NCBI GenBank assembly: GCA_965248055.1
Contig: CBDFIJ010000004.1
Coordinates: 1,184,001 to 1,248,000 of the forward strand
Length of the DNA stretch: 64,000 nucleotides
Origin: Candidatus Multivoradales bacterium
Lineage (GTDB): Bacteria > Acidobacteriota > Thermoanaerobaculia > Multivoradales > JAHEKO01
Direction of reading: 5' to 3'
In this document: positions 38,998 through 48,154 of the stretch, piece after piece
Position numbering within the stretch: the first letter of the stretch is position 1
Layout of the letters: every line of letters starts with the position of its first letter
Notes under the pieces: generated by a model
What the model saw: only the letters and a program-made list of their open reading frames with translations
What the model was told of the DNA's origin: nothing
Database searches by the model: none
Translations under genes and position numbers: made by a program

Positions 38998-41900
38998 ACA
39001 AGATCATCGCCTGGTTTGCCACCAATGGCGTTGCCGCCAATTTGGTGATGGTCTTCATTCTGGTGATCGGATTTCTTTCGCTGACCAACCTTACCAACGA
39101 GGTATTCCCCGAGTTTTCAGCCGACCAGGTGGCAATCCGGGTGGTCTACCCGGGCGCAGCCCCGGAAGAAGTCGAAGAAGCGATTGTCCAGCGCATCGAG
39201 GAGCGCATTCAGGACCTGGAGGGGATTGAAGAGATCAATTCCACCGCCTCAGAGAACGTCGGCAACGTGATGGTCAAGATCAAGAGCGGCACTTCGGTGC
39301 AGGAATTGGTCAACGACATCAAATCACGGATCGATGCCATAGATACTTTCCCCGAAGAAGCCGAAGAGCCGGTGATCGAAGAACTGGTGATTCGACGGCA
39401 AGTGATCGACGTCGCAGTCGCTGGCGAGGCAGAAGAAAGCACTCTGCGCAGTATCGCCGAACGGATTCGAGAGGATCTCTTGGCGCTGCCGCAGATTTCT
39501 CAGGTTGACACTGCTGCAGTACGCCCGTTCGAGATCTCGATTGAGATCTCCGAGAAAGCCCTGCGCCGCTATCAACTGAGTTTTGACCAAGTTGCAGCCG
39601 CGGTGCGGCGGGCCTCGTTGGACTTACCCGGAGGCTCAGTTGACACTTCAGGGGGTCAGGTCCTGCTGCGTACCGAGGGCCAAGCCTTGCGCGGCGCGGA
39701 GTTCGAGAGCCTGCCCTTGCTCACCCTGCCCGACGGCACCCGAATTCAATTACAGGACGTGGCGCAGGTGGTCGACGGGTTCGCCGAGACCGACCAATCA
39801 GCACGTTTTGATGGCAAACCCGCGGCTTTGGTGCAGGTCTATCGGGTCGGTGATCAAGATGCGATCGCCATCGCCAATGCGGTCAAGGACTACGTTCCCA
39901 ATGCCAAACGTTGGGTGCCAGACGGAATCGAAATCACCACCTGGCAAGACGACACCAAGATTCTGCGCAGTCGACTGGACGTCTTGTTGCGCAACGGTCG
40001 CACCGGCTTGATCCTGGTGTTTTTGGTTCTGGCGCTGTTTCTCAGGCTACAGCTCGCAGGCTGGGTCGCACTTGGGATTCCGATCTCGTTTATGGGTGCG
40101 ATCGCCATGATGCCGACCCTGGACGTCACCATTAATTTGATCTCGCTGTTCGCCTTCATTGTGGTGTTGGGAATCGTGGTGGACGACGCGATCATCGTCG
40201 GCGAGAATATCTACACCAAACTGCAATCCGGAGATCGCGGACTTCCAGCGGTGATTGCCGGAGCCCAAGAAGTGGCAACCCCAGTGATCTTTGCCGTCCT
40301 CACCACCGTCGCGGCATTCGCTCCGCTTCTCAATATCCCGGGCGCTACCGGAAAAATCATGCGGGTGATTCCGCTAATCGTGATTCCAACCCTGGTGTTC
40401 TCGCTGGTTGAATCGTTGTTGATCCTGCCCAACCATCTGCTCCACGTTTCCTTCGAAGAACCCAAGTCCTGGTTGATCGGTGGTTGGCGCAAAGTTCAGG
40501 TGAAAGTCAGCGCCGCTCTAACCAAGAATATCCAGAACGTTTACAAACCTACCTTGGAGCGAGCGATTCGTTGGCGTTACGTCACCGCAGCGTCGGCGGT
40601 AGCCGGGCTGATCATCACTGGCTCGCTGATCTCGGCTGGGCTGATCCGCTTCACCTTCTTTCCTCCGGTGGAAGCGGACAATGTGGTCTCGCTATTGACC
40701 ATGCCCTTGGGAACGTCACCCAGCACCACCAGTGAAGCGATGCGCGGCATCGAACAGGCGGCGTTGGAACTGGAACGCGAACTGGAGGAACAGTACGACG
40801 AAGAGATCGTCACCCACGTCCTGACCTCGATCGGTGAACAGCCATTCCGGGCAGCGCAGAATCGTGGCACTGGCGACTCGATCACCGTCGACGCGCCGCA
40901 TTTGGCCGAGGTCAATATCGAGTTGACACCCGCCGAGCAGCGGTCGATCACCAGCGGCGAGATCGCCGCCCTATGGCGAGAAAGGTCGGGGCAAATCGCC
41001 GGAGCGGTGGAGTTGTCGTTTGCTTCCTCGCTGTTTAGTACCGGCGACCCGATCGATGTGCGCCTCTCAGGGCCGGAGGTGGAGGGATTGGCGCGGGCCG
41101 CCACCGAACTCAAAGAACACCTAGCCAGCTACGCTGGGGTCCGCGACATCACTGATTCCTTCCGTGCCGGTAAACAAGAACTCCATCTCGACATCACTCC
41201 CGAAGCCGAAGCCGCCGGGCTGACTTTGGCGGACATCGCTCGCCAAACCCGACAAGCGTTCTATGGCGAAGAAGTACAGCGCATTCAGCGAGGGCGAGAC
41301 GAGGTCAAGGTGATGGTGCGACTGCCGGAGGCAGATCGCCAGTCCCTGGGCAACCTGGAAAACCTGCGCTTTCGCAGCCCGAACGGAGTCGAGATCCCCT
41401 TCTCCACCGCGGTCAACGCGGATCTCACCCGAGGTCCGGCGACCATTCAACGTACCGATCGTCAACGGGTAATCCGGGTGTCCTCGGATCTAGATGTGGA
41501 GGTTGGCAACGCCAACCAGATCATCGGCGATCTATCCACCAACTACCTGCCCGGTCTGGCAGACCGCTATCCAGGTCTGCGCTATGCCTACGTCGGGCAA
41601 CAGCAAGAACAGCGCGACACCATCGGCGGCTTGATCCGTGGCTTCAGTCTAGCGTTGATCATCATCTACTCTTTGCTGGCGATTCCCTTCAAGTCCTACA
41701 TCCAGCCGGTGATCGTCATGTGCGCGATCCCCTTCGGCCTGATGGGGGCGGTCTGGGGCCATTTGGTGATGGGTTACGACCTGACCATTCTTTCTGGGTT
41801 TGGAGCCGTGGCTCTCACCGGGGTGGTGGTCAACGACAGCCTGGTGATGGTCGATTTCATCAACCGGGCTCGAAACGCCGGAGCCAGCATCTTCGACGCC

Positions 41901-42215
41901 ATCCGCCAAGCGGGTGTCAAACGCTTCCGACCCATCTTACTGACCTCACTGACCACCTTCGCCGGCCTGACTCCGTTGCTACTCGAGCGCAGCATGCAGG
42001 CGCAATTCTTGATCCCGATGGCCCTGTCCTTGGCGTTCGGCATTCTGTTCGCCACCGCCATTGTGTTGATTCTGGTGCCGACGCTCTACGCGATCTTGGA
42101 GGACCTGCGGGGACGAGAGTTGGGGGTGATCGGTGGCGACCCGGAACCAACCGAAGACGATGACCTAGTTGTCGATCCCGATTGGGACGATTTGGATCCT
42201 GAGCCTGCAACCTAG
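38994..42215 (+). CDS. RND efflux permease (AcrB/AcrD/AcrF family)
   Basis: YPGAAPEEVE, GIVVDDAIIVGEN, GVVVNDSLV, RFRPILLTSLTT. Confidence 0.96.
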   Translation: MNKIIAWFATNGVAANLVMVFILVIGFLSLTNLTNEVFPEFSADQVAIRVVYPGAAPEEVEEAIVQRIEERIQDLEGIEEINSTASENVGNVMVKIKSGTSVQELVNDIKSRIDAIDTFPEEAEEPVIEELVIRRQVIDVAVAGEAEESTLRSIAERIREDLLALPQISQVDTAAVRPFEISIEISEKALRRYQLSFDQVAAAVRRASLDLPGGSVDTSGGQVLLRTEGQALRGAEFESLPLLTLPDGTRIQLQDVAQVVDGFAETDQSARFDGKPAALVQVYRVGDQDAIAIANAVKDYVPNAKRWVPDGIEITTWQDDTKILRSRLDVLLRNGRTGLILVFLVLALFLRLQLAGWVALGIPISFMGAIAMMPTLDVTINLISLFAFIVVLGIVVDDAIIVGENIYTKLQSGDRGLPAVIAGAQEVATPVIFAVLTTVAAFAPLLNIPGATGKIMRVIPLIVIPTLVFSLVESLLILPNHLLHVSFEEPKSWLIGGWRKVQVKVSAALTKNIQNVYKPTLERAIRWRYVTAASAVAGLIITGSLISAGLIRFTFFPPVEADNVVSLLTMPLGTSPSTTSEAMRGIEQAALELERELEEQYDEEIVTHVLTSIGEQPFRAAQNRGTGDSITVDAPHLAEVNIELTPAEQRSITSGEIAALWRERSGQIAGAVELSFASSLFSTGDPIDVRLSGPEVEGLARAATELKEHLASYAGVRDITDSFRAGKQELHLDITPEAEAAGLTLADIARQTRQAFYGEEVQRIQRGRDEVKVMVRLPEADRQSLGNLENLRFRSPNGVEIPFSTAVNADLTRGPATIQRTDRQRVIRVSSDLDVEVGNANQIIGDLSTNYLPGLADRYPGLRYAYVGQQQEQRDTIGGLIRGFSLALIIIYSLLAIPFKSYIQPVIVMCAIPFGLMGAVWGHLVMGYDLTILSGFGAVALTGVVVNDSLVMVDFINRARNAGASIFDAIRQAGVKRFRPILLTSLTTFAGLTPLLLERSMQAQFLIPMALSLAFGILFATAIVLILVPTLYAILEDLRGRELGVIGGDPEPTEDDDLVVDPDWDDLDPEPAT

Positions 42216-42321
42216 CTCGGGAGTTGTTTTGTTTTCGGTGCCTCCTCGACACCTGCCTCCGTCGGTAGGGATTGGCAGATTGTTACTCGGTCCTATCAGC
42301 ACAATCTACCCAGCGATCGGA

Positions 42322-42484
42322 TAGACCCCGGCTCCCCTCCCCGACACCTGTCGGAATGACGAGGGCGACGAAGCCACGCGGAGGCTCCTAGCCGGGATCG
42401 TCAACCCCTGACGCGTGCGTTCTCAACGCTCGAGCAAACAGGTGCCTCTCAGTCATTCCCGCAAAGGTGAGCGGGGCGGGGATC
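42322..42484. repeat. REP-like pair
   Basis: AGACCCCGGC...GGAATGAC and GTCATTCCCG...CGGGGATCT; the latter abuts the stop of the convergent gene. Confidence 0.65.
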
Positions 42485-43068
42485 TACTCGAACTTGGTTA
42501 GGGCCTTATCCACTTCTGCCACTGCCCGCACCGCATTAAGTACTTCGTTCGCCGGTGGGCGCTTGCGGTAATTCTCATCGGAAAACACAGCCCTGACTCT
42601 TTGCTCCTGATCCACCACCACCACGGTCGGATGGGGCACGGTCTTGTCGTGTCGCTCGTTGCGAATACCGTAGCGCTCGAACGTCTCACCGTCCGAGTCG
42701 TGGAGCATCTTGTAGGAGATCCCTTTCTTGTCACGGAAGGAGCGCATGCGCTCTGGGTCGTCAGCGCTGACTGCCCATACCTGAGCGCCGAAGGCGTCAA
42801 ACTGTTTGATCTGTTCTTGCAGCTTCCCGAGCTGCGCTCTGCACCATGGTCACCAAACACCGCGGAAGAAAACCAGCACCACAGGTCCATCGGACACCGC
42901 TGCCGACAGTTTCGCATGATCACCATCGATAGACTCTAGGGAAAAATCAGGGGCTACGTCTCCACTGGCAACGAGTGTGGGCGACTCGGCCCCCTGTGGC
43001 CATGCACTGGTCGTTGCCACAGCCGCCAGAAACAAAAAGGTCGAAACGCGAAACCCTAGCCTTGTCAT
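42484..43068 (-). CDS. Exported peroxiredoxin-like (AhpC/TSA) selenoprotein, UxxC motif, 194 aa with TGA read as Sec
   Basis: ORFs 42850..43068 and 42484..42747 are in frame; read-through gives APDFSL...FFRGVW-U-PWCRAQL...AVSAD...HPTVVVVD; hairpin 14 nt after the TGA. Confidence 0.88.
42819..42835 (-). promoter_or_regulatory. SECIS-like hairpin
   Basis: GCAGCU-CGGGA-AGCUGC on the minus strand, 14 nt 3' of the in-frame UGA (42852-42850). Confidence 0.65.
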
Positions 43069-43185
43069 ACCGCGAGTCTATTCCAAAGACGACTAGACCG
43101 TCGACGGCGGAGAATTCCAACCCGCAGCCTTAAAGTCGCTTCCCTCCCTATTTTCTTTCATCAGGTTTTCTTTCATCACGGTATT

Positions 43186-43270
43186 GACAAATAAACTTGA
43201 CATCGGGGGTCCGATGGTGGGACACTTCGTTTTGTCAAGTTAATTTAACTTATAGACAAAGACATACGAC
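43186..43270 (+). promoter_or_regulatory. Three degenerate 16 bp GTCAA-N6-TTGAC boxes (putative XRE operators)
   Basis: GACAAATAAACTTGAC (43186), GTCAAGTTAATTTAAC (43234), GACAAAGACATACGAC (43255) in AT-rich DNA with TTGACA hexamers. Confidence 0.5.
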
Positions 43271-43307
43271 ATGAATAATCTCATCCTCCTACCTTCTGGG
43301 GTCTTCA

Positions 43308-44240
43308 ATGCCAGATAGCGTCATCGAAGTTTCCAACCTGCGCAAAGCGTACGGTTCCACACTTGCGGTTAACGATGTTTCGTTCACCGTACAAGAGGGT
43401 GAGATCTTCGGACTGATCGGCCCCAACGGTGCCGGCAAGACCACCACCATGGAGTGCGTCGAAGGTATTAGGTCCAAAGACGCGGGAACGATCTCGGTGT
43501 TCGGACTGGATCCCATCAAGGACGAACGACGGCTGCAGAGTCGTATCGGCGTTCAACTCCAGCAGGCACAACTGCAAAAGCGCATCAAGGTTTGGGAAGC
43601 CTTGGACTTGTGGTCCTCGCTCTACCCAACAACAACCGTAGACGGCGACGACCTGATGGAGCAACTTGGTCTCAGCGACAAACGCGATGCTTGGTTTATG
43701 ACCCTTTCAGGAGGCCAAAAACAACGTTTGTTTATCGCCTTGGCCTTGATCAACGACCCCGACGTCGTGTTTCTCGATGAATTGACCACCGGCCTCGACC
43801 CCCAAGCACGGCGAACCATCTGGGGACTGGTGCAGGGAATTCGAGAGCGAGGAAAGTCCGTGTTCTTGACCACCCATTTGATGGAAGAGGCAGAGCGGCT
43901 CTGCGACCGGGTGGCGATTATCGAGCACGGCAAAGTCATCGAGATCGACACTCCCAGCGCCCTTGTTCAGCGCCATTGTCCTCAGCGCAGCGTGGTCTTC
44001 TCCAGTCACATGGATAACGCGCAGCAGCAGTTGGCCACCATCCCTGGACTCAAGAGCGTTGACGCTGAGACAACTAACAAGACGCCGCGCTACACCGTGA
44101 CTGGCGATGGTGATGCCTTCGTCAGCGATGCAATTCGATTTATTGCGACCCACGCAAACGACCTCAACGACCTACGCACGGTAACGCCGACTCTGGAAGA
44201 TGTGTTCTTGAAGCTCACCGGACACACCATCCGCGACTAA
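43308..44240 (+). CDS. ABC transporter ATP-binding protein (ABC-2/DrrA-like)
   Basis: GPNGAGKTT, LSGGQ, FLDELTTGLDP, TTH. Confidence 0.96.
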   Translation: MPDSVIEVSNLRKAYGSTLAVNDVSFTVQEGEIFGLIGPNGAGKTTTMECVEGIRSKDAGTISVFGLDPIKDERRLQSRIGVQLQQAQLQKRIKVWEALDLWSSLYPTTTVDGDDLMEQLGLSDKRDAWFMTLSGGQKQRLFIALALINDPDVVFLDELTTGLDPQARRTIWGLVQGIRERGKSVFLTTHLMEEAERLCDRVAIIEHGKVIEIDTPSALVQRHCPQRSVVFSSHMDNAQQQLATIPGLKSVDAETTNKTPRYTVTGDGDAFVSDAIRFIATHANDLNDLRTVTPTLEDVFLKLTGHTIRD

Positions 44241-44248
44241 AGGGAAAA

Positions 44249-44998
44249 ATGATGCTACGCGGCCTCGGAAAACTGACCTGGTTGGAGATCAAGATCTTCT
44301 TGCGGGAACCCATGGGAGTGTTTGGCACCGTGCTGATTCCGGTGGCATTGTTCGTATTACTAACTCGGATGATCGGATCCCGAGCTACTCCCTCGGAAGA
44401 CGCGCTGACTTTCGCTCGCGTTCGACTGCCGGTTCTGGTGATCATGTTCATTCTCTTGGGAGCAGTCACTTCACTGGTAGCGGTGATCTCGATTTACCGC
44501 GAAGGCGGCATCTTGAAACGCCTGAGAGCCACGCCGCTACGCCCCACCACGATTCTGGTCGCTCATGTGATCGTCAAACTGATCTTGAGTCTGGTGACCT
44601 TCGGCCTGTTGGCCTTGGTCGGTCGGAGGGTCTACCTCTTCGACCTCACGGTGCATCCGGTGAGTTTCATGCTGGCGCTACTGCTCTGTCTCGCCAGCAT
44701 CGTCTCAATTGGATTCATCATTGCCAGCGCGGTCCCAACCGCGCGTTTCGCGCAGCCTCTGGCGAGTGCCGTTCTCTATCCAATGCTGGCGCTATCAGGA
44801 TTGTTCGTTCCCATCTCGCGGCTGCCAGATCTGTGGCAAAAGATCGCCCAATCATTGCCCTTGACTCACGCAGCCCAGCTAATGCAGGGAATCTGGACCG
44901 GTGACCCCTGGGGAGCTCATTTCGCCAATGTCATCGCACTGTGTGTCTTTTTTGTCGTCTTTACCGTTATCGCTGCACGTTTCTTTCGATGGGAATAG
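44249..44998 (+). CDS. ABC-2 type permease
   Basis: Six TM segments, REGGILKRLRATP, LSGLFVP, FRWE end. Confidence 0.93.
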   Translation: MMLRGLGKLTWLEIKIFLREPMGVFGTVLIPVALFVLLTRMIGSRATPSEDALTFARVRLPVLVIMFILLGAVTSLVAVISIYREGGILKRLRATPLRPTTILVAHVIVKLILSLVTFGLLALVGRRVYLFDLTVHPVSFMLALLLCLASIVSIGFIIASAVPTARFAQPLASAVLYPMLALSGLFVPISRLPDLWQKIAQSLPLTHAAQLMQGIWTGDPWGAHFANVIALCVFFVVFTVIAARFFRWE

Positions 44999-45037
44999 CC
45001 GGCTTTTGAAAGAGCCCTTTACCAGCCAGGAAATTCC

Positions 45038-45466
45038 ATGACCCAAGAACCCCTTGCCATAGCAAACAATTGCCACACAACCGAGAATAGTCGCCGCAAC
45101 GAGTTGCGTACAGCGCTTTCGACCTTGATATGGGTCGGCTCTTGGCTACTGGTGCTCAAGGCAATCAAGAGCGAGATACTGACCCCCGGGCCGCTGGCCT
45201 ACGCCGCTATTCTCGCCACCATCGCACTGGGCGTCATCACCGTCATTTCGTTCATCCATATGTTGCGAGAAGCCGACGAACTCCAGCGCAAGATCAATCT
45301 TGACGCGCTAGCTTTTTCCGTCGGTGTAGGCGTGGTGGGAGGCCTTACATCGCAGCTCCTGACCGTCGTTGGCCTGGTACCGGAAGATGCCTTCACCTAC
45401 ATCATCACCGCGATGATGGTCAGCTACAGCCTTGGCGTGATCATCGGCCATCGTCGCTACTCATGA
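45038..45466 (+). CDS. Small 4-TM membrane protein
   Basis: DELQRKI motif between TMs; ATGA overlap with the XRE gene. Confidence 0.75.
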   Translation: MTQEPLAIANNCHTTENSRRNELRTALSTLIWVGSWLLVLKAIKSEILTPGPLAYAAILATIALGVITVISFIHMLREADELQRKINLDALAFSVGVGVVGGLTSQLLTVVGLVPEDAFTYIITAMMVSYSLGVIIGHRRYS

Positions 45467-45663
45467 AGAACCGGCTCAAGGTACTGCGCGCCGAACACGA
45501 TTGGACCCAGGCTCATTTAGCCCAAGAACTCAAGGTCTCTCGACAGACGGTCAACGCTATTGAAACCGGCAAATTCGACCCCAGTTTGCCGCTGGCCTTT
45601 CGTATCGCCCGGCTGTTTGACATGGCGATCGAGGAAGTGTTCCAACCGAGACCGCAGGACTAG
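45463..45663 (+). CDS. Cro/XRE family HTH regulator
   Basis: MKNRLKVLRAE..WTQ..LA..L.VSRQTVNAIETGKFDPSLPLAF. Confidence 0.95.
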   Translation: MKNRLKVLRAEHDWTQAHLAQELKVSRQTVNAIETGKFDPSLPLAFRIARLFDMAIEEVFQPRPQD

Positions 45664-45680
45664 CACCTCCGTTGAGCTGG

Positions 45681-47489
45681 CTACTCGCGCCAGTACGCAA
45701 CCTCTTCCAACAGTCGAGTCGCCACGTTCCGCTGGGGTCCGGGTTTGGAATCCACGATCAACGCTTGGAGAGTTTCGACAGCCCGATCCCACTCTTGGCT
45801 TTGATAGGCGACCACCGCCTGGCTGTAGCGCTCAGCGAACTGGTTGTAGGCCTTAACTTTACTTACACTGTCGATCCATTCGGTTGCTTTGGCCCGCAAG
45901 GCATCGCTGGTGGTACGCGCTTGTACTTCGCTGAGAACTCCCAACGCATCGCTTAGGCGGTCCGCTTTCATATGCTCCCGGGCTTCGCGCATCGACAACT
46001 GCAGCAATAGCTCTCGACCCCGCAGAACCAGGCTGGGCGCGGTACCCATCGCAGCCAGTCGAGTCAAATGCTCGCGTACATCAGCGGATTGCCCGCGTTT
46101 GGCTTTCATCAGTAGCAAGTTGTAGAGCAAGTCATCTCGCCCAGGTAGCTGCCGCACAATCTTTTCGCCCACTTCGATCCCCCGATCGGGGACTTTGGTT
46201 TGACCGGCATAGGCGAGCGCCAGCCGTTCCCAGCAGACCACGTTGCCAGGCTCTCGCGAAACACAGCCCTCCAGCTGCGCAACAGCTTCCTTACGCAGCA
46301 GCTCTGATTCAGCGTCTTTTCGGGCTCCAGCGGTCCTGACCAAGGCTTGACCTAGAAGCTGTGCCGCCCGACCGGTGCTCGACTCCAGCGCAACCGCCTT
46401 TCGAGCGGCATCGACCGCGTCGCCCCACCTCTCTTGGCGCACCCGGGTTTCCGCCAAGAGGGTCCAGGCATGAGCGTTCTCTGGATGCTGTTGGGTCACC
46501 GCCTCTATCTGCGCACCAACTCGATCCAGTTGGCTTCCCTCTTGATTAGGCAGGGTAAACAACTGCAACTCCAACAAGCTCAGGTGGGCTTGTTCGGGGG
46601 AGAGATTTCTTGACCTGAGTTGCGGAATTGTCAAATCGGAAACTGGAATCTTAAGATACAGAAATCGATCTCCCTTGATGTGCTCCAAAGCCCTCTTCTC
46701 AAGCTCCAACGGAGAAGTGCCAAACGCGGAGCGAAATGCACGGGAAGGTCGTTCCAGGTCTTCGATCAGGCGCATGTATTCGTTGAGCTGTTGGCCAAAT
46801 TCTTCCTCTTGCAGAATCAAGTAGTGAACCAACGCCCAGCAACGTGCACTGTAGTCGGCGATCTCCACCGCTTGCCTCTCGTTTGCACTCAAGATGATTC
46901 CCAACGGCGGCCCTGAACCGTTCCCCAACTGCCACAAATGACTCTGAATAGGCAGCCCGATCGAGAAGTGCCCTTCGCCCATCTCAAACGAACTGTAGAA
47001 CTCGGCTAGTCCGTAGCGGAACCACAGCGGCAGCCCAGGGAAATGGGTGGTCAAAATCTGATGTACCGCCTGACGATAGACCGCCTTCATTCCTCCTTGG
47101 TTTGCCGCCAAGAATGCTCCGTACGAACCGGATCGGTGAGGAACCAGATAACCCGCAACTCCAGGTCCACCCACCTCGTAAGAAGCGAACCCCTTGTGAC
47201 TGGAGAAGGCAAACAGCGTCACCGGAATCGGATTGCTCAGGTCTCTGGGAGAAAGCTGGTTCGCCGCAGCGACTACCTGCTCAGCCGAGAAAGCAACTTG
47301 CTGCGCTTCGACCCAAGGCAGGTCGGTGTAGATGTGGAAGTTGTCGCTCTCGACCTTGATCCAACCCTCGCCATGAACCGGGATAACCGAGTTCAAGGCG
47401 ACCAATATCGCCAGCGCCTGTGCCCATCGCAGCCAACGATTCCGGCTTGTCTGAGGACCGACTCCGGCCACACTTTCTAATCGCAACAT
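45681..47489 (-). CDS. Exported gluzincin-like (DUF1570/peptidase MA-like) + TPR protein with degenerate metal site
   Basis: WIKVESDNF, VAGY, RQAVH...LPLWFRYGLAEFYS, WALVHYL, C-terminal TPR; GGAGGAG upstream of ATG 47489. Confidence 0.7.
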   Translation of the reverse strand: MLRLESVAGVGPQTSRNRWLRWAQALAILVALNSVIPVHGEGWIKVESDNFHIYTDLPWVEAQQVAFSAEQVVAAANQLSPRDLSNPIPVTLFAFSSHKGFASYEVGGPGVAGYLVPHRSGSYGAFLAANQGGMKAVYRQAVHQILTTHFPGLPLWFRYGLAEFYSSFEMGEGHFSIGLPIQSHLWQLGNGSGPPLGIILSANERQAVEIADYSARCWALVHYLILQEEEFGQQLNEYMRLIEDLERPSRAFRSAFGTSPLELEKRALEHIKGDRFLYLKIPVSDLTIPQLRSRNLSPEQAHLSLLELQLFTLPNQEGSQLDRVGAQIEAVTQQHPENAHAWTLLAETRVRQERWGDAVDAARKAVALESSTGRAAQLLGQALVRTAGARKDAESELLRKEAVAQLEGCVSREPGNVVCWERLALAYAGQTKVPDRGIEVGEKIVRQLPGRDDLLYNLLLMKAKRGQSADVREHLTRLAAMGTAPSLVLRGRELLLQLSMREAREHMKADRLSDALGVLSEVQARTTSDALRAKATEWIDSVSKVKAYNQFAERYSQAVVAYQSQEWDRAVETLQALIVDSKPGPQRNVATRLLEEVAYWRE

Positions 47490-47595
47490 AGGCTCCTCCT
47501 CCACGAGGCTTCTTATCCGAACGCAACGAGTATATGCGGAGAGCAAACGCAACAGAAGGAGATCAGGCCGCGTAGCCGAGTGGTAACGTCCTACC

Positions 47596-48141
47596 ATGCC
47601 ATTTCGATTCGACAGCGCAACCCAGATTCTCGAACGGACGCCAGATGTTCTTGAACGGTTGCTAGCCGACCTCAGCGATGACCCATGGATCTATGGCAAT
47701 GAAGGTCCGGATACTTTCAGTCCCTTCGACGTGGTCGGCCACCTCATCCACGGCGAGAATACTGATTGGATTCCGCGTATGGAGATCATCCTCACCCAGG
47801 GCACTGGGCGGCCCTTCGATCGCTACGACCGCTTTGGCCAGGCGCGTGAAAGTCAGGGCAAGACGATGGCCCAGCTTCTGGACGAATTTCGCACCTTGCG
47901 AATGCTGAACCTAGAACGACTGGCATCCAAGAATTTAGGCTTGGATGAACTTGCGTTGACCGGGATGCACCCTGGCTTGGGCGAGGTCACCCTCCAGCAG
48001 TTGCTTGCAGCCTGGGTGGTCCACGACCTCGGCCATATCGCTCAGATCTCCAGAGTAATGGCCAAGCAACTCATCGAAGCGGTGGGCCCTTGGACCGAGT
48101 ACATGGCCGTCCTTAGGGATCGACCTGTTCCCAACCCCTGA
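47596..48141 (+). CDS. DinB family protein
   Basis: LERTP, VVGHLIHGE, WVVHDLGHIAQI. Confidence 0.9.
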   Translation: MPFRFDSATQILERTPDVLERLLADLSDDPWIYGNEGPDTFSPFDVVGHLIHGENTDWIPRMEIILTQGTGRPFDRYDRFGQARESQGKTMAQLLDEFRTLRMLNLERLASKNLGLDELALTGMHPGLGEVTLQQLLAAWVVHDLGHIAQISRVMAKQLIEAVGPWTEYMAVLRDRPVPNP

Positions 48142-48154
48142 GCACCAACTCGAC

